NCBI GenBank assembly: GCA_965140705.1
Contig: OZ223300.1
Coordinates: forward strand, 256,001 to 320,000
Source of the DNA: an uncultured Arcobacter sp.
GTDB taxonomy: Bacteria; Campylobacterota; Campylobacteria; Campylobacterales; Arcobacteraceae
Direction: 5' to 3'
DNA: 64,000 nucleotides
Shown one piece after another: positions 1 to 8,913 of this stretch; within the stretch, counting starts at the first letter, position 1, and each line of letters opens with the position of its first letter. The notes beneath the pieces were generated by a model. It was not told the origin of the DNA, made no database searches, and saw only the letters and a list, made by a program, of their open reading frames with translations. The position numbers and the translations under genes are program-made.

Positions 1-276
1 TTGGGGATCATTTTTAGTTACAAGTTCACCTTTTGGTTTGTTATAAACTAGAACAGTATACATCTTGTTTTTTTCAAATTTGATAGGTTTATTATCAATT
101 GCAACAATATCACTATCTAATACTTTTGTAGATAAATCAGTAATTGTTTTCTTATTAACTTTTACTCTACCTTCTGCAATAATTGCATCAGCTTCTCTTC
201 TAGAGTATTTACTATTGTGTGAGATAAATTTGTTTAATCTTGTACTATCTTCTTTTGAATCTGATTGATTTTTCAT
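1..276 (-). CDS. rRNA pseudouridine synthase, RluB/RsuA family (N-terminal part, runs off window)
   Basis: Manual translation from ATG at 276: MKNQSDSKEDSTRLNKFISHNSKYSRREADAIIAEGRVKVN (S4 domain) ... VYNKPKGELVTKNDPQ. Confidence 0.85.
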   Translation of the reverse strand, partial: MKNQSDSKEDSTRLNKFISHNSKYSRREADAIIAEGRVKVNKKTITDLSTKVLDSDIVAIDNKPIKFEKNKMYTVLVYNKPKGELVTKNDPQ

Positions 277-281
277 GGTAC

Positions 282-1241
282 CTACTTTATTCCTGCTTCA
301 ATTAAATCATGAATATGTAATACACCAACAAGTTTATTACTATCATCAACAACAACTAAAAGTTGTATCTTATAATCTTCAATAATTTTCAATGCATCAC
401 TAGCTAATAAATCTTTATTATTTAAAACTTTTGGATTCATAGTAGCAATTTCTTCTACTTTACACTCTAGTGAAAAGTCATCATTCATTAAAGCTCTTCT
501 CAAATCTCCATCACTTAATAAACCAATAACTTTATTATCTTCAGTAATTATAACATTACCAAGTCTACCTTCACTCATTTTAATAATAGCATCTTTTAAA
601 AAAGTTCCACGTGAAACAATTGGTAATTCTTCTGTTCTAAGTAAATCAGAAACTTTTATAAATAGCTTTTTACCTAGGCTTCCTCCTGGATGAAATGAAG
701 CAAAATCACTTTTTTGAAAATTTCTTTTTTTCATCAAACAAACAGCCAATGCATCACCCATTGCCATTGTTAATGTTGTAGAAGAAGTTGGAGCTGTATC
801 TAATGGACAAGCCTCTTTTGTAACATTTATATCAAAAAAGATATCAGCATATTTGGCTAAAGTAGAGTTTGGATTTTTTGCCATAGCAATCATTGGAATA
901 TCAAATCTTTTTAAGTGAGGAAGAATTTGAATCAACTCTTCACTCTCACCAGAATAAGAGATAGCTAAAACTGTATCATCTTTACCAATCATCCCCAAAT
1001 CACCATGCATAGCTTCTGTAGGATGCAAGAAAAAAGAGCTAGTTCCTGTACTAGCTAAAGTTGCAGCTATTTTTGTACCTACTAATCCAGATTTACCAAC
1101 GCCTGTAACGATTAGTTTACCCTTTGTATTGTAAACAAGTTCAACAGCAGCATTCATATCAAAAGAATTATCTCTAGAAGCTCTTTCTAACTCTTTTGCT
1201 TCAGTTAGTAAAACTTCTTTTGCAATCTCATTATAATTCAT
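282..1241 (-). CDS. kdsD: KpsF/GutQ family arabinose-5-phosphate isomerase (SIS + CBS domains)
   Basis: GVGKSG, HPTEAMHGDLG, APTSST, FHPGGSLG motifs; C-terminal CBS pair. Confidence 0.92.
   Translation of the reverse strand: MNYNEIAKEVLLTEAKELERASRDNSFDMNAAVELVYNTKGKLIVTGVGKSGLVGTKIAATLASTGTSSFFLHPTEAMHGDLGMIGKDDTVLAISYSGESEELIQILPHLKRFDIPMIAMAKNPNSTLAKYADIFFDINVTKEACPLDTAPTSSTTLTMAMGDALAVCLMKKRNFQKSDFASFHPGGSLGKKLFIKVSDLLRTEELPIVSRGTFLKDAIIKMSEGRLGNVIITEDNKVIGLLSDGDLRRALMNDDFSLECKVEEIATMNPKVLNNKDLLASDALKIIEDYKIQLLVVVDDSNKLVGVLHIHDLIEAGIK
603..618. promoter_or_regulatory. parS-like ParB loading site inside kdsD
   Basis: AGTTCCACGTGAAACA, 15/16 match to TGTTNCACGTGAAACA. Confidence 0.7.
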
Positions 1242-1250
1242 TTTATTTCC

Positions 1251-3185
1251 TTAATAAACAAAAATAGTAGGAACAATCATAGGATATTTTTTGAACTTTC
1301 TAACACAATGTTTTCTTACAACTTTTCTAATTTCATCTTCTAAATATTTATTATTTTTAAATATACCTTCTTTTGCATTTGAAAAGAAAGTTTCTAATAA
1401 GTCTTCAATCTCTTTTGCAAAGAATCTATCTTGATTATCTGGAACTAAACCAAATGAAGTAACTCTTGTCTTATCTGAAAGTTTTCTATCATTTTCGTTA
1501 ATTTGTGCAACAATCATAACAACACCTTCATTTGCCATTGTTTGTCTATCCAGAATAATATCATCTGCAATTTTGTGATTTAATTGATTATCTATATAAG
1601 TTTTACCACTTTTTACAGTTTTAACTTTTTTAAGATATTTAGGAGTAACTTCTATTTGTTCTCCATCACTCATAATATAAGTATTTCGCTCTAGTACACC
1701 ACATGAAATACCTGTTTGTTGGTGCTTAACTGCATGGTTATATTCACCATGAATTGGCATAAAGAATTTAGGTTTAACAAGTCTTAACATAAGTTTTTGT
1801 TCTTCTTGGGCAGCATGTCCTGAAACATGGATTTCTGAGAAGTTTTGATATGCAACTTCAGCACCAGCTTTTAGTAAATGGTTAATGATTTGAGAAACAC
1901 TAGCTTCATTTCCTGGAATTGCTTTTGCAGAAAGAATAACTTGATCTCCTGGTTTAATTTTTATGTGTCTATGCTCATGAATCGACATTCTGTAAAGAGC
2001 ACTCATTGATTCACCTTGAGAACCAGTTGTTACAATTAAAACTTGGTTATCATCATATTTATGTACTTCATGTGGCTCAATAAATTGATCTCTTGGGAAT
2101 TTAATATATCCTAATGCCATTGCTAATTCTAAGTTTTTCTCCATAGATCTTCCAATAACACACACTTTTCTACCATACTTTAATCCATGCTCAATTGCTT
2201 GTGCAACTCTGTGCGTATTTGAAGAGAAAGTAGACATAATAACTCTACCTTTTGCTTTTGAAAATAGAGTATCAAAAGTTGGACCAACAGTTGATTCAGA
2301 TTTAGTAAAACCTGGTGTATGTGAGTTTGTAGAATCAGACATTAAAAGTAGAACACCTTTTTCACCATAATGAGCAAATCTATGTAAGTCTGATGGGAAA
2401 CCATCAATTGGAGTATGGTCTATTTTAAAGTCACCCGTATGAATAATTGTACCAGCATCTGTAGTAATTGCTAAAGATGAAGCATCAATAATTGAGTGAG
2501 TAATATGCATCCATTCTATTTCAAAATCACCAATTTTTATAGGAGTTCTTTTTTGAATTGCATGGAAATAACCTCTATGTTGTCTCATTTTATGTTCATC
2601 AAATTTTGAACCAATCATTTCTAGTGGTAAAGATGTTCCATAAATAGGAAATTGCATCTCTTTAAATAAATATGGCATAGCACCAATATGATCTTCATGA
2701 CCATGAGTTATAATAACAGCTGCAATTTTATCTTTGATTTCTCTAATATAAGTAAAATCAGGGATTAAAATATCAACCCCATGCATATCTTCATCAGGGA
2801 AACTCATACCAACATCAACGATAATTGCACTTTTTTCAGTTTCAATCACCATCATATTTCCACCAATTTCACCTAATCCCCCAAGTGGAGTGATTCTTAT
2901 TTTTTGAGTACTAGAAAGGTTTAGTTTATTGTGTGGATTTAATCTTTCTTTGTGAATTCTTTCATTGATAACGTGAGCTTTTCTAAGGTCTGTTATCCAA
3001 CCTTCACCTGATTTGTCTTCCATTTTAGGAACAACTGTTTTTTTTCTTTTATTAACTGGTCTTTTTGGTTTTTGCTTTTTAGGGCTAGGTCCTGTAGTTT
3101 CTTGTTTTGTAGTAGTATTATTTGCTTCTGGAGCAGCTCTTTCTACAACCTTAGTATCATTCTGTACTGTTTTGTTTTCTTCCAT
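1251..3185 (-). CDS. rnj: Ribonuclease J with basic disordered N-terminal extension
   Basis: PLGGLGEIGGNM, THGHEDHIG, HTGDFK, HVSGHA metallo-beta-lactamase/beta-CASP motifs. Confidence 0.95.
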   Translation of the reverse strand: MEENKTVQNDTKVVERAAPEANNTTTKQETTGPSPKKQKPKRPVNKRKKTVVPKMEDKSGEGWITDLRKAHVINERIHKERLNPHNKLNLSSTQKIRITPLGGLGEIGGNMMVIETEKSAIIVDVGMSFPDEDMHGVDILIPDFTYIREIKDKIAAVIITHGHEDHIGAMPYLFKEMQFPIYGTSLPLEMIGSKFDEHKMRQHRGYFHAIQKRTPIKIGDFEIEWMHITHSIIDASSLAITTDAGTIIHTGDFKIDHTPIDGFPSDLHRFAHYGEKGVLLLMSDSTNSHTPGFTKSESTVGPTFDTLFSKAKGRVIMSTFSSNTHRVAQAIEHGLKYGRKVCVIGRSMEKNLELAMALGYIKFPRDQFIEPHEVHKYDDNQVLIVTTGSQGESMSALYRMSIHEHRHIKIKPGDQVILSAKAIPGNEASVSQIINHLLKAGAEVAYQNFSEIHVSGHAAQEEQKLMLRLVKPKFFMPIHGEYNHAVKHQQTGISCGVLERNTYIMSDGEQIEVTPKYLKKVKTVKSGKTYIDNQLNHKIADDIILDRQTMANEGVVMIVAQINENDRKLSDKTRVTSFGLVPDNQDRFFAKEIEDLLETFFSNAKEGIFKNNKYLEDEIRKVVRKHCVRKFKKYPMIVPTIFVY

Positions 3186-3969
3186 CTATTATTGCCTTTG
3201 TATATATTTGGCTATACAAAGATGCACTAAGCTCATGAGGTCGAATGTTATCATTAATTTCAAGCTCTTCAAATAAAGAAGAAATAGTCTCTTTAGGAAC
3301 AATAGATGAGATATTTTTAGATAGCTTTTTTCTTGGCTGTTGAAAACAAGCCTTTAGAAAACTATTAAAGTTCTTATCCATAGTTTTTGACATATCTTTT
3401 TTTATATAAAGAATAGAAGAAGTAACTTTAGGAGGTGGATCAAAAGATTCTGGTGGAACATCAAATAAAATCTTTGACTCTATTGAGCAAAGTTTTGATA
3501 TCACACCCAATGCAGAGAACTCTTTGTCCCCTTCATTGGCAGAAAACTTTTCAGCTACCTCTTTTTGAACCATTACAATAATGTGTTCACAAGCTTCATC
3601 TTCAAATGCTCTTAGTATTATATTTGTCGCAATATAATACGGTAAATTAGCGATTAGATCATATTTACTAGTATGTAAACTTTTTTGCTTTGTCCATGAC
3701 TCTAAAACATCAGCGTGGATGAGTGTTAGAGAACCTTTATCTATCTCAATAGCAAAATTAGTTTTTAGTATAGTAAATAAATCTGTATCAACTTCATAGG
3801 CCGTTACATCTTTGCATTTGACTAAATTTTTTGTCAAATCACCTAATCCAGGCCCAATTTCTACAATATGATTATTGTTGTTGGGCATCGATTGGATGAT
3901 CTTTGATAAGACTGTGTCATCTTTTAAAAAGTTTTGACCATATTTTTTTTTAGCTTTTATTTTTTCCAT
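3157..3969 (-). CDS. rsmA: 16S rRNA m6,2A1518/1519 dimethyltransferase
   Basis: KKKYGQNFL, EIGPGLG, ANLPYYI, PPPKVTS motifs. Confidence 0.95.
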   Translation of the reverse strand: MEKIKAKKKYGQNFLKDDTVLSKIIQSMPNNNNHIVEIGPGLGDLTKNLVKCKDVTAYEVDTDLFTILKTNFAIEIDKGSLTLIHADVLESWTKQKSLHTSKYDLIANLPYYIATNIILRAFEDEACEHIIVMVQKEVAEKFSANEGDKEFSALGVISKLCSIESKILFDVPPESFDPPPKVTSSILYIKKDMSKTMDKNFNSFLKACFQQPRKKLSKNISSIVPKETISSLFEELEINDNIRPHELSASLYSQIYTKAIIDGRKQNSTE

Positions 3970-4043
3970 AAGAGCAAAGATTATATATGAACTTAACTTA
4001 CATTTAGATAAGATAAAAACTTAATAACGAATAAGGATAAAAA

Positions 4044-4805
4044 GTGAGCAGTTTTGCAAAGAGAATAATTCCATGCTTAGATGTAAAAGATGGAAGAGTT
4101 GTAAAAGGTGTTAATTTCGTAGGATTAAAAGATGCAGGTGACCCTGTAGAAGTTGCAAAACGATATAACAATGAAGGTGCAGATGAAATTACTTTTTTAG
4201 ATATAACAGCTAGTCATGAAAATAGAGATACAATAGTTCATATAGTAAAAGATGTGGCAAAAGAAGTCTTTATCCCCCTAACTGTAGGTGGTGGAATAAG
4301 AACTTTAGATGATATTTATAAACTTTTAAATGTAGGTTGTGATAAAGTTTCTGTAAACTCAAGTGCAGTTGTAAATCCAGGATTTATTGATGAAAGTTCT
4401 AAAAGATTTGGTAGCCAATGTATAGTTGTAGCAATTGATGTTAAAAAAGTAGCTGATGGCTCTTACCATGTTTTTGTAAAAGGTGGAAGAGAAGATACTG
4501 GACTTGATGCACTAGCTTGGGCAAAAGAGGTTTATAATAGAGGAGCAGGTGAGATACTTCTTACTTCTATGGACACAGATGGTGCAAAAAATGGATTTGA
4601 ATTAAATATTACACAACAAATTTCAAGTATAGTTGATATCCCAGTTATTGCAAGTGGTGGTGCTGGGACTATGGAACATATGAAAGAAGCCTTTGAACAT
4701 GGAGCAAGTGCTGCCTTAGCCGCTTCTATTTTTCATTTTAAAGAGATAGATATAATGGATTTGAAACACTATTTAAGAGATAACAATATACCTGTAAGGA
4801 TTTAA
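4044..4805 (+). CDS. hisF: Imidazole glycerol phosphate synthase cyclase subunit
   Basis: [36 protein letters not shown] start after AGGA. Confidence 0.97.
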   Translation: MSSFAKRIIPCLDVKDGRVVKGVNFVGLKDAGDPVEVAKRYNNEGADEITFLDITASHENRDTIVHIVKDVAKEVFIPLTVGGGIRTLDDIYKLLNVGCDKVSVNSSAVVNPGFIDESSKRFGSQCIVVAIDVKKVADGSYHVFVKGGREDTGLDALAWAKEVYNRGAGEILLTSMDTDGAKNGFELNITQQISSIVDIPVIASGGAGTMEHMKEAFEHGASAALAASIFHFKEIDIMDLKHYLRDNNIPVRI

Positions 4806-4806
4806 T

Positions 4807-5478
4807 ATGAGAAAATATTTATTTATATTTTTACCATTTTTTCTTTATGCTTTTGAAGTCGATTTTAGTAAAGAGTTTACAAAAACTCTGATTCCAAATG
4901 TTCTAAGTGCAGATATTTCGGTAGTAATTGAAGATGAAAAAGAAAAAAATGTAATAGATAGATTAGAAGTTTTTAATAAAGAGATAAAAGATTATAAGAA
5001 AGTTGAAAAACAATTAGAAACATTTAATGTAAGACCTCTATATCAAAAGGCTAGTAATAGTCCAAGAATATATGGATATAGTGGAGAACTAAGTTATAAA
5101 ATAGAAACAGATGATGCTCTTGCTATGGGAGAATTTATCTCTATGATAACTAATATGAAAGAGAATAGGGATACTTCTGTAACTTTAAATAATCTTTCAT
5201 GGAGAGTTAAGGATGATAGTTATAATGTAATTTTAGACTTAGTAAGACTTGAAGCAATTACTTGGGTAGAAAATTATGTAAAGATACTCTCTAGTGATTT
5301 ACAAAAAGAATGTACTATAAAAAGTATAAGTTTAGCAAATAACGTTGTGCATACTTATAGACAACATTTAAATTCGATGAAACTTAGTTCATCTTTAAAA
5401 AGAGAAGATGTTCCTGTACCTGAGGTTTCTCATCAAAAGCTTTCTCTTCTTACGAATTACAAATTGGAGTGTAAATGA
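4807..5478 (+). CDS. Exported protein, probably SIMPL (DUF541)-like
   Basis: N-terminal signal peptide; 223 aa; resemblance to periplasmic SIMPL proteins recalled, not verified. Confidence 0.5.
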   Translation: MRKYLFIFLPFFLYAFEVDFSKEFTKTLIPNVLSADISVVIEDEKEKNVIDRLEVFNKEIKDYKKVEKQLETFNVRPLYQKASNSPRIYGYSGELSYKIETDDALAMGEFISMITNMKENRDTSVTLNNLSWRVKDDSYNVILDLVRLEAITWVENYVKILSSDLQKECTIKSISLANNVVHTYRQHLNSMKLSSSLKREDVPVPEVSHQKLSLLTNYKLECK

Positions 5479-6011
5479 TTATTTGTGCTGGAAACATTGA
5501 GAGTTTTAAATTTGCTGAACCAATGGGAATAGGGCTAGTTGATATGGCTATAAATCTTACGAGAAGATGTCTATTTAATAAGCCAGAGTTTATTTTGTTT
5601 ATAGGAACAGCAGGTAGTTATGGAAATCATAAAATCTTAGATATTGTGGAATCAAAACGTGCTGCAAATTTAGAGTTATCTTTTTTAGAAAACAACTCTT
5701 ATACACCCCTTGACAATGTACTAGAATCAGAAAATAAAATGGTTAAAAACGATACTATAGTAAATAGTTCAAACTATATTACTACAAATGAAGAGATAGC
5801 TAAAAACTATAATGAATATGGAATAGGTATTGAAAATATGGAGTTCTTTTCTGCTGTAAAGGTTGCAAAAGAGTTTGAAATACCAGTTGCAGGAATATTT
5901 GTTATTACTAATTATACAAATAAAAATGCCCATGAAGATTTTAAACAAAACCATAAAATAGCGATGGAAACACTTACTAAATATTTATTAGAAAAAAATA
6001 TAATTAAATAA
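5475..6011 (+). CDS. Purine nucleoside phosphorylase (PNP_UDP_1) family protein
   Basis: FIGTAGSYG, IENMEFFS, VITNY motifs. Confidence 0.75.
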   Translation: MIICAGNIESFKFAEPMGIGLVDMAINLTRRCLFNKPEFILFIGTAGSYGNHKILDIVESKRAANLELSFLENNSYTPLDNVLESENKMVKNDTIVNSSNYITTNEEIAKNYNEYGIGIENMEFFSAVKVAKEFEIPVAGIFVITNYTNKNAHEDFKQNHKIAMETLTKYLLEKNIIK

Positions 6012-6021
6012 AAATGTTTCA

Positions 6022-6037
6022 TGTTTCATGTGAAACA
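6022..6037. promoter_or_regulatory. parS-like ParB loading site (intergenic)
   Basis: TGTTTCATGTGAAACA, 15/16 match to TGTTTCACGTGAAACA. Confidence 0.8.
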
Positions 6038-6055
6038 TTACAAAAAAGGAAAAAT

Positions 6056-7123
6056 TTGCAATCAATATATGACTTTACTTTAGATGAATTAAAAGAGAGA
6101 CTTAAACCATCATTTAGAGCAAAACAAGTTTATAATTGGATATATAAAAAATATGCTAACTCTTATGATGAGATGAAAAATATACCAAATGATTTAAAAG
6201 AAGATTTAAAAGAAAATTATGCAATTGATATATTAAAAATTATAAAAAAAGAAAAAAGTAGTGATGGAAGTATAAAATATCTTTTTAAACTTCATGATGG
6301 ACATACCGTTGAAACAGTATTTTTACTTATGAGAGAAAAACAAATTGGTGATGATGGAGTTGTTGAAAAGGGTGAAAAACATACAGTTTGTATATCTACT
6401 CAAGTTGGCTGTAAAGTTGGCTGTACTTTTTGTTTAACTGCAAAAGGTGGTTTTGTAAGAAATCTTACAGTTGGTGAAATAGTGGCTCAAATAGTTAATA
6501 TGAAAAGAGATAATAATATTGATGAAAATAAATCATTAAATATAGTATTTATGGGAATGGGTGAGCCCTTGGATAATTATAAGAATTTTGTCCATTCTGT
6601 AAAAGTCTTTTCAGAAGAAGAAGGTTTATCCATAAATAGAAGAAGACAAACAGTTTCTACTTCAGGAATTTCTTCAAAAATAGAGAAACTAGGAAATGAA
6701 AATTTAGGAATACAACTTGCAATTTCATTGCACGCAGTTGACGATGAATTAAGAAGTGAATTAATTCCTATGAATAAAGCTTACAATATAAAATCGATTA
6801 TTGATGCTGTTAAAAAGTTCCCAGTAGATGCTAGAAAAAAAGTGATGTTTGAATATTTAGTTATAAAAGATAAAAATGATGACATAGCAAGTGCTAAAAA
6901 ACTTTTATCACTACTTGATGGAATAAAAGCAAAAGTAAATCTTATTTACTTCAATCCATATCCAGGCACTTCATATCAAAGACCAGAAAGCAAAAAAATG
7001 GTAGAATTCCAAAACTACTTAATAAGTAAAGGTTTACTTTGCACGATAAGAGAATCAAAAGGCTTAGACATCTCAGCGGCGTGCGGACAACTCAAAGAAA
7101 AGGACTCAAATGAAAGCAGCTGA
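6056..7123 (+). CDS. rlmN: 23S rRNA m2A2503/tRNA radical SAM methyltransferase
   Basis: CISTQVGCKVGCTFC, FMGMGEP, AACGQL; start moved from 6014 to TTG at 6056, which follows an AGGA RBS. Confidence 0.95.
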   Translation: MQSIYDFTLDELKERLKPSFRAKQVYNWIYKKYANSYDEMKNIPNDLKEDLKENYAIDILKIIKKEKSSDGSIKYLFKLHDGHTVETVFLLMREKQIGDDGVVEKGEKHTVCISTQVGCKVGCTFCLTAKGGFVRNLTVGEIVAQIVNMKRDNNIDENKSLNIVFMGMGEPLDNYKNFVHSVKVFSEEEGLSINRRRQTVSTSGISSKIEKLGNENLGIQLAISLHAVDDELRSELIPMNKAYNIKSIIDAVKKFPVDARKKVMFEYLVIKDKNDDIASAKKLLSLLDGIKAKVNLIYFNPYPGTSYQRPESKKMVEFQNYLISKGLLCTIRESKGLDISAACGQLKEKDSNESS

Positions 7124-7196
7124 TTACGCAATGGTTATATTTTTAGCGGTATTTGTTATCGCATCAGGGATATTTTTTTTAAAAAATTTTAGATAA
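7110..7196 (+). CDS. Unannotated 28-aa single-pass membrane peptide
   Basis: AAGGA RBS, ATG overlapping rlmN end; MKAADYAMVIFLAVFVIASGIFFLKNFR*; stop just before gltX RBS. Confidence 0.55.
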   Translation: MKAADYAMVIFLAVFVIASGIFFLKNFR

Positions 7197-7211
7197 GTAA
7201 GGAAAAGATTA

Positions 7212-8624
7212 ATGACAGTTACACGATTTGCCCCAAGTCCAACAGGTTATTTACATATTGGTGGACTAAGAACAGCTTTATATAGTTATTTATGGGCAAG
7301 AAGAAATAAAGGTGAATTTAGATTAAGAATTGAAGACACAGACACAGCAAGAAATAATGAAGATGCCCTAGGTGCTATTATGGAAGCATTTGAATGGGTT
7401 GGATTAGATTATGATGGAACAGTAGAATACCAATCAAAAAGAAATGATATTTACAAGAAATATATAGACCAATTATTAGACCAAGGTAAAGCATACTATT
7501 GTTATATGAGTAAGGAAGAGTTAGAAACTCTAAGAGAAACTCAAATGGCAAATAAGCAAACTCCTAGATATGATGGAACTTGGCGACCAGAAGAGGGTAA
7601 AGTTTTACCTCCTATTCCTGAAGGTATAGAGCCAGTTGTTAGAATAAAAGCACCAAAAGATGGAATTATAACTTTTATTGATGGAGTTAGATCTATTATG
7701 AATTTTAGCAGTAATGAAGTTGATGATTTCGTTATAGCTAGAAGTAATGGAGTTCCTACATATAACTTTGTTGTTGCAATTGATGATGCTTTGATGGGAA
7801 TGACTGATGTAATTAGAGGTGATGACCATTTAAGTAATACTCCAAAACAAATAGTTATCTATGAAGCATTTGGCTGGAAACCACCTAAATTTTACCATAT
7901 TCCTATGATAAATAATCCTTCAGGTAAAAAACTATCTAAAAGAGATGGTGCTATGGATGTAATGCAATATAAAAGAGATGGTTATCTTCCAGAAGCACTT
8001 TTAAACTTCTTAGTAAGACTTGGTTGGTCAAATAAGGATCAAGAGATTTTTTCAATGGAAGAAATGCTAGAACTATTTGATCCAACGCATATTAACAAGT
8101 CAGCTTCTGCTTTTAATGAAGAAAAACTTTTATGGCTAAACTCTCATTACATAAAGAATGTATCAAATGAAAGATTAGCAAAAGAGTTAGAATTTTTTGA
8201 TTGTCATATTGGTGGGCATGATAAAAAAGAGATGATTTTAGACTTAACAAAAGAGAGAGCTCAAACTTTAGTTGAATTAAAAAATGCTATTACAGCTATT
8301 TTAGATGCACCAAGTGATTATGAAGCAAAGGGTGTTAAAAAGTTTATAAAAGATGAAACTATTTTAAAAATTTTAGATAATTATGTAAAATTACTTGAAG
8401 AAAATGCAGATAATTTAAATATTAGCATTGATTATGAAGAAGTTACAAAACCATTTATTGAAGAATTTGAATTAAAATTCCCACAACTTTTCCAACCAAT
8501 AAGATTGGCTCTAACTGGTTCTACTCAAGCTCCATCAGTATACGACATTATGGCTGTACTTGGTGTTGAGGTTGTATGTGAAAGAATTAGAACAGCATGC
8601 GAGAAAAACTTTAATAAAGAGTAA
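7212..8624 (+). CDS. gltX: Glutamate--tRNA ligase
   Basis: RFAPSPTGYLHIGG, KLSKR motifs. Confidence 0.97.
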   Translation: MTVTRFAPSPTGYLHIGGLRTALYSYLWARRNKGEFRLRIEDTDTARNNEDALGAIMEAFEWVGLDYDGTVEYQSKRNDIYKKYIDQLLDQGKAYYCYMSKEELETLRETQMANKQTPRYDGTWRPEEGKVLPPIPEGIEPVVRIKAPKDGIITFIDGVRSIMNFSSNEVDDFVIARSNGVPTYNFVVAIDDALMGMTDVIRGDDHLSNTPKQIVIYEAFGWKPPKFYHIPMINNPSGKKLSKRDGAMDVMQYKRDGYLPEALLNFLVRLGWSNKDQEIFSMEEMLELFDPTHINKSASAFNEEKLLWLNSHYIKNVSNERLAKELEFFDCHIGGHDKKEMILDLTKERAQTLVELKNAITAILDAPSDYEAKGVKKFIKDETILKILDNYVKLLEENADNLNISIDYEEVTKPFIEEFELKFPQLFQPIRLALTGSTQAPSVYDIMAVLGVEVVCERIRTACEKNFNKE

Positions 8625-8640
8625 TTTTACTCTTTATTAA
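8611..8640 (+). terminator. Inverted repeat / intrinsic terminator after gltX
   Basis: TTAATAAAGAGTAA-TT-TTACTCTTTATTAA, perfect 14-bp arms. Confidence 0.65.
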
Positions 8641-8648
8641 ACATCTAC

Positions 8649-8680
8649 TACACACTGCTTCCATACTTTCATGTTAAAAT
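8649..8680 (+). promoter_or_regulatory. Copper-regulon promoter 1: tandem AC-rich repeat + extended -10
   Basis: TACACAC (8649) / TCCATAC (8660), 11-bp period; TGtTAAAAT with -10 at 8675. Confidence 0.65.
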
Positions 8681-8699
8681 ATGACAAAAAGGATATAAA

Positions 8700-8903
8700 A
8701 TGAAAAAAACATATAAATCAGATAAAATAAATTGTGCAAAATGTGAAAATTTAATAAAAGTATCTTTAGAAGATGACTTTGGACCAATTGATGTTGATTT
8801 AACGAAAACTCCAAAAGAAGTAACAGTAGAGATAACTTCTGATGAACAAGAGAATAATTTTAAAGCAGAGATGAAAGATTTAGGATTTGATATATTAGAT
8901 TAA
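8700..8903 (+). CDS. Heavy-metal-associated domain protein (CopZ-like chaperone)
   Basis: 67 aa, INCAKC CxxC motif, directly upstream of the Cu-ATPase. Confidence 0.8.
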   Translation: MKKTYKSDKINCAKCENLIKVSLEDDFGPIDVDLTKTPKEVTVEITSDEQENNFKAEMKDLGFDILD

Positions 8904-8913
8904 AGGCTAAATT

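Noticed and set aside
6014..6055. N-terminal extension of RlmN in the ORF track
   Set aside because: Overlaps the parS-like site; TTG at 6056 has a proper RBS
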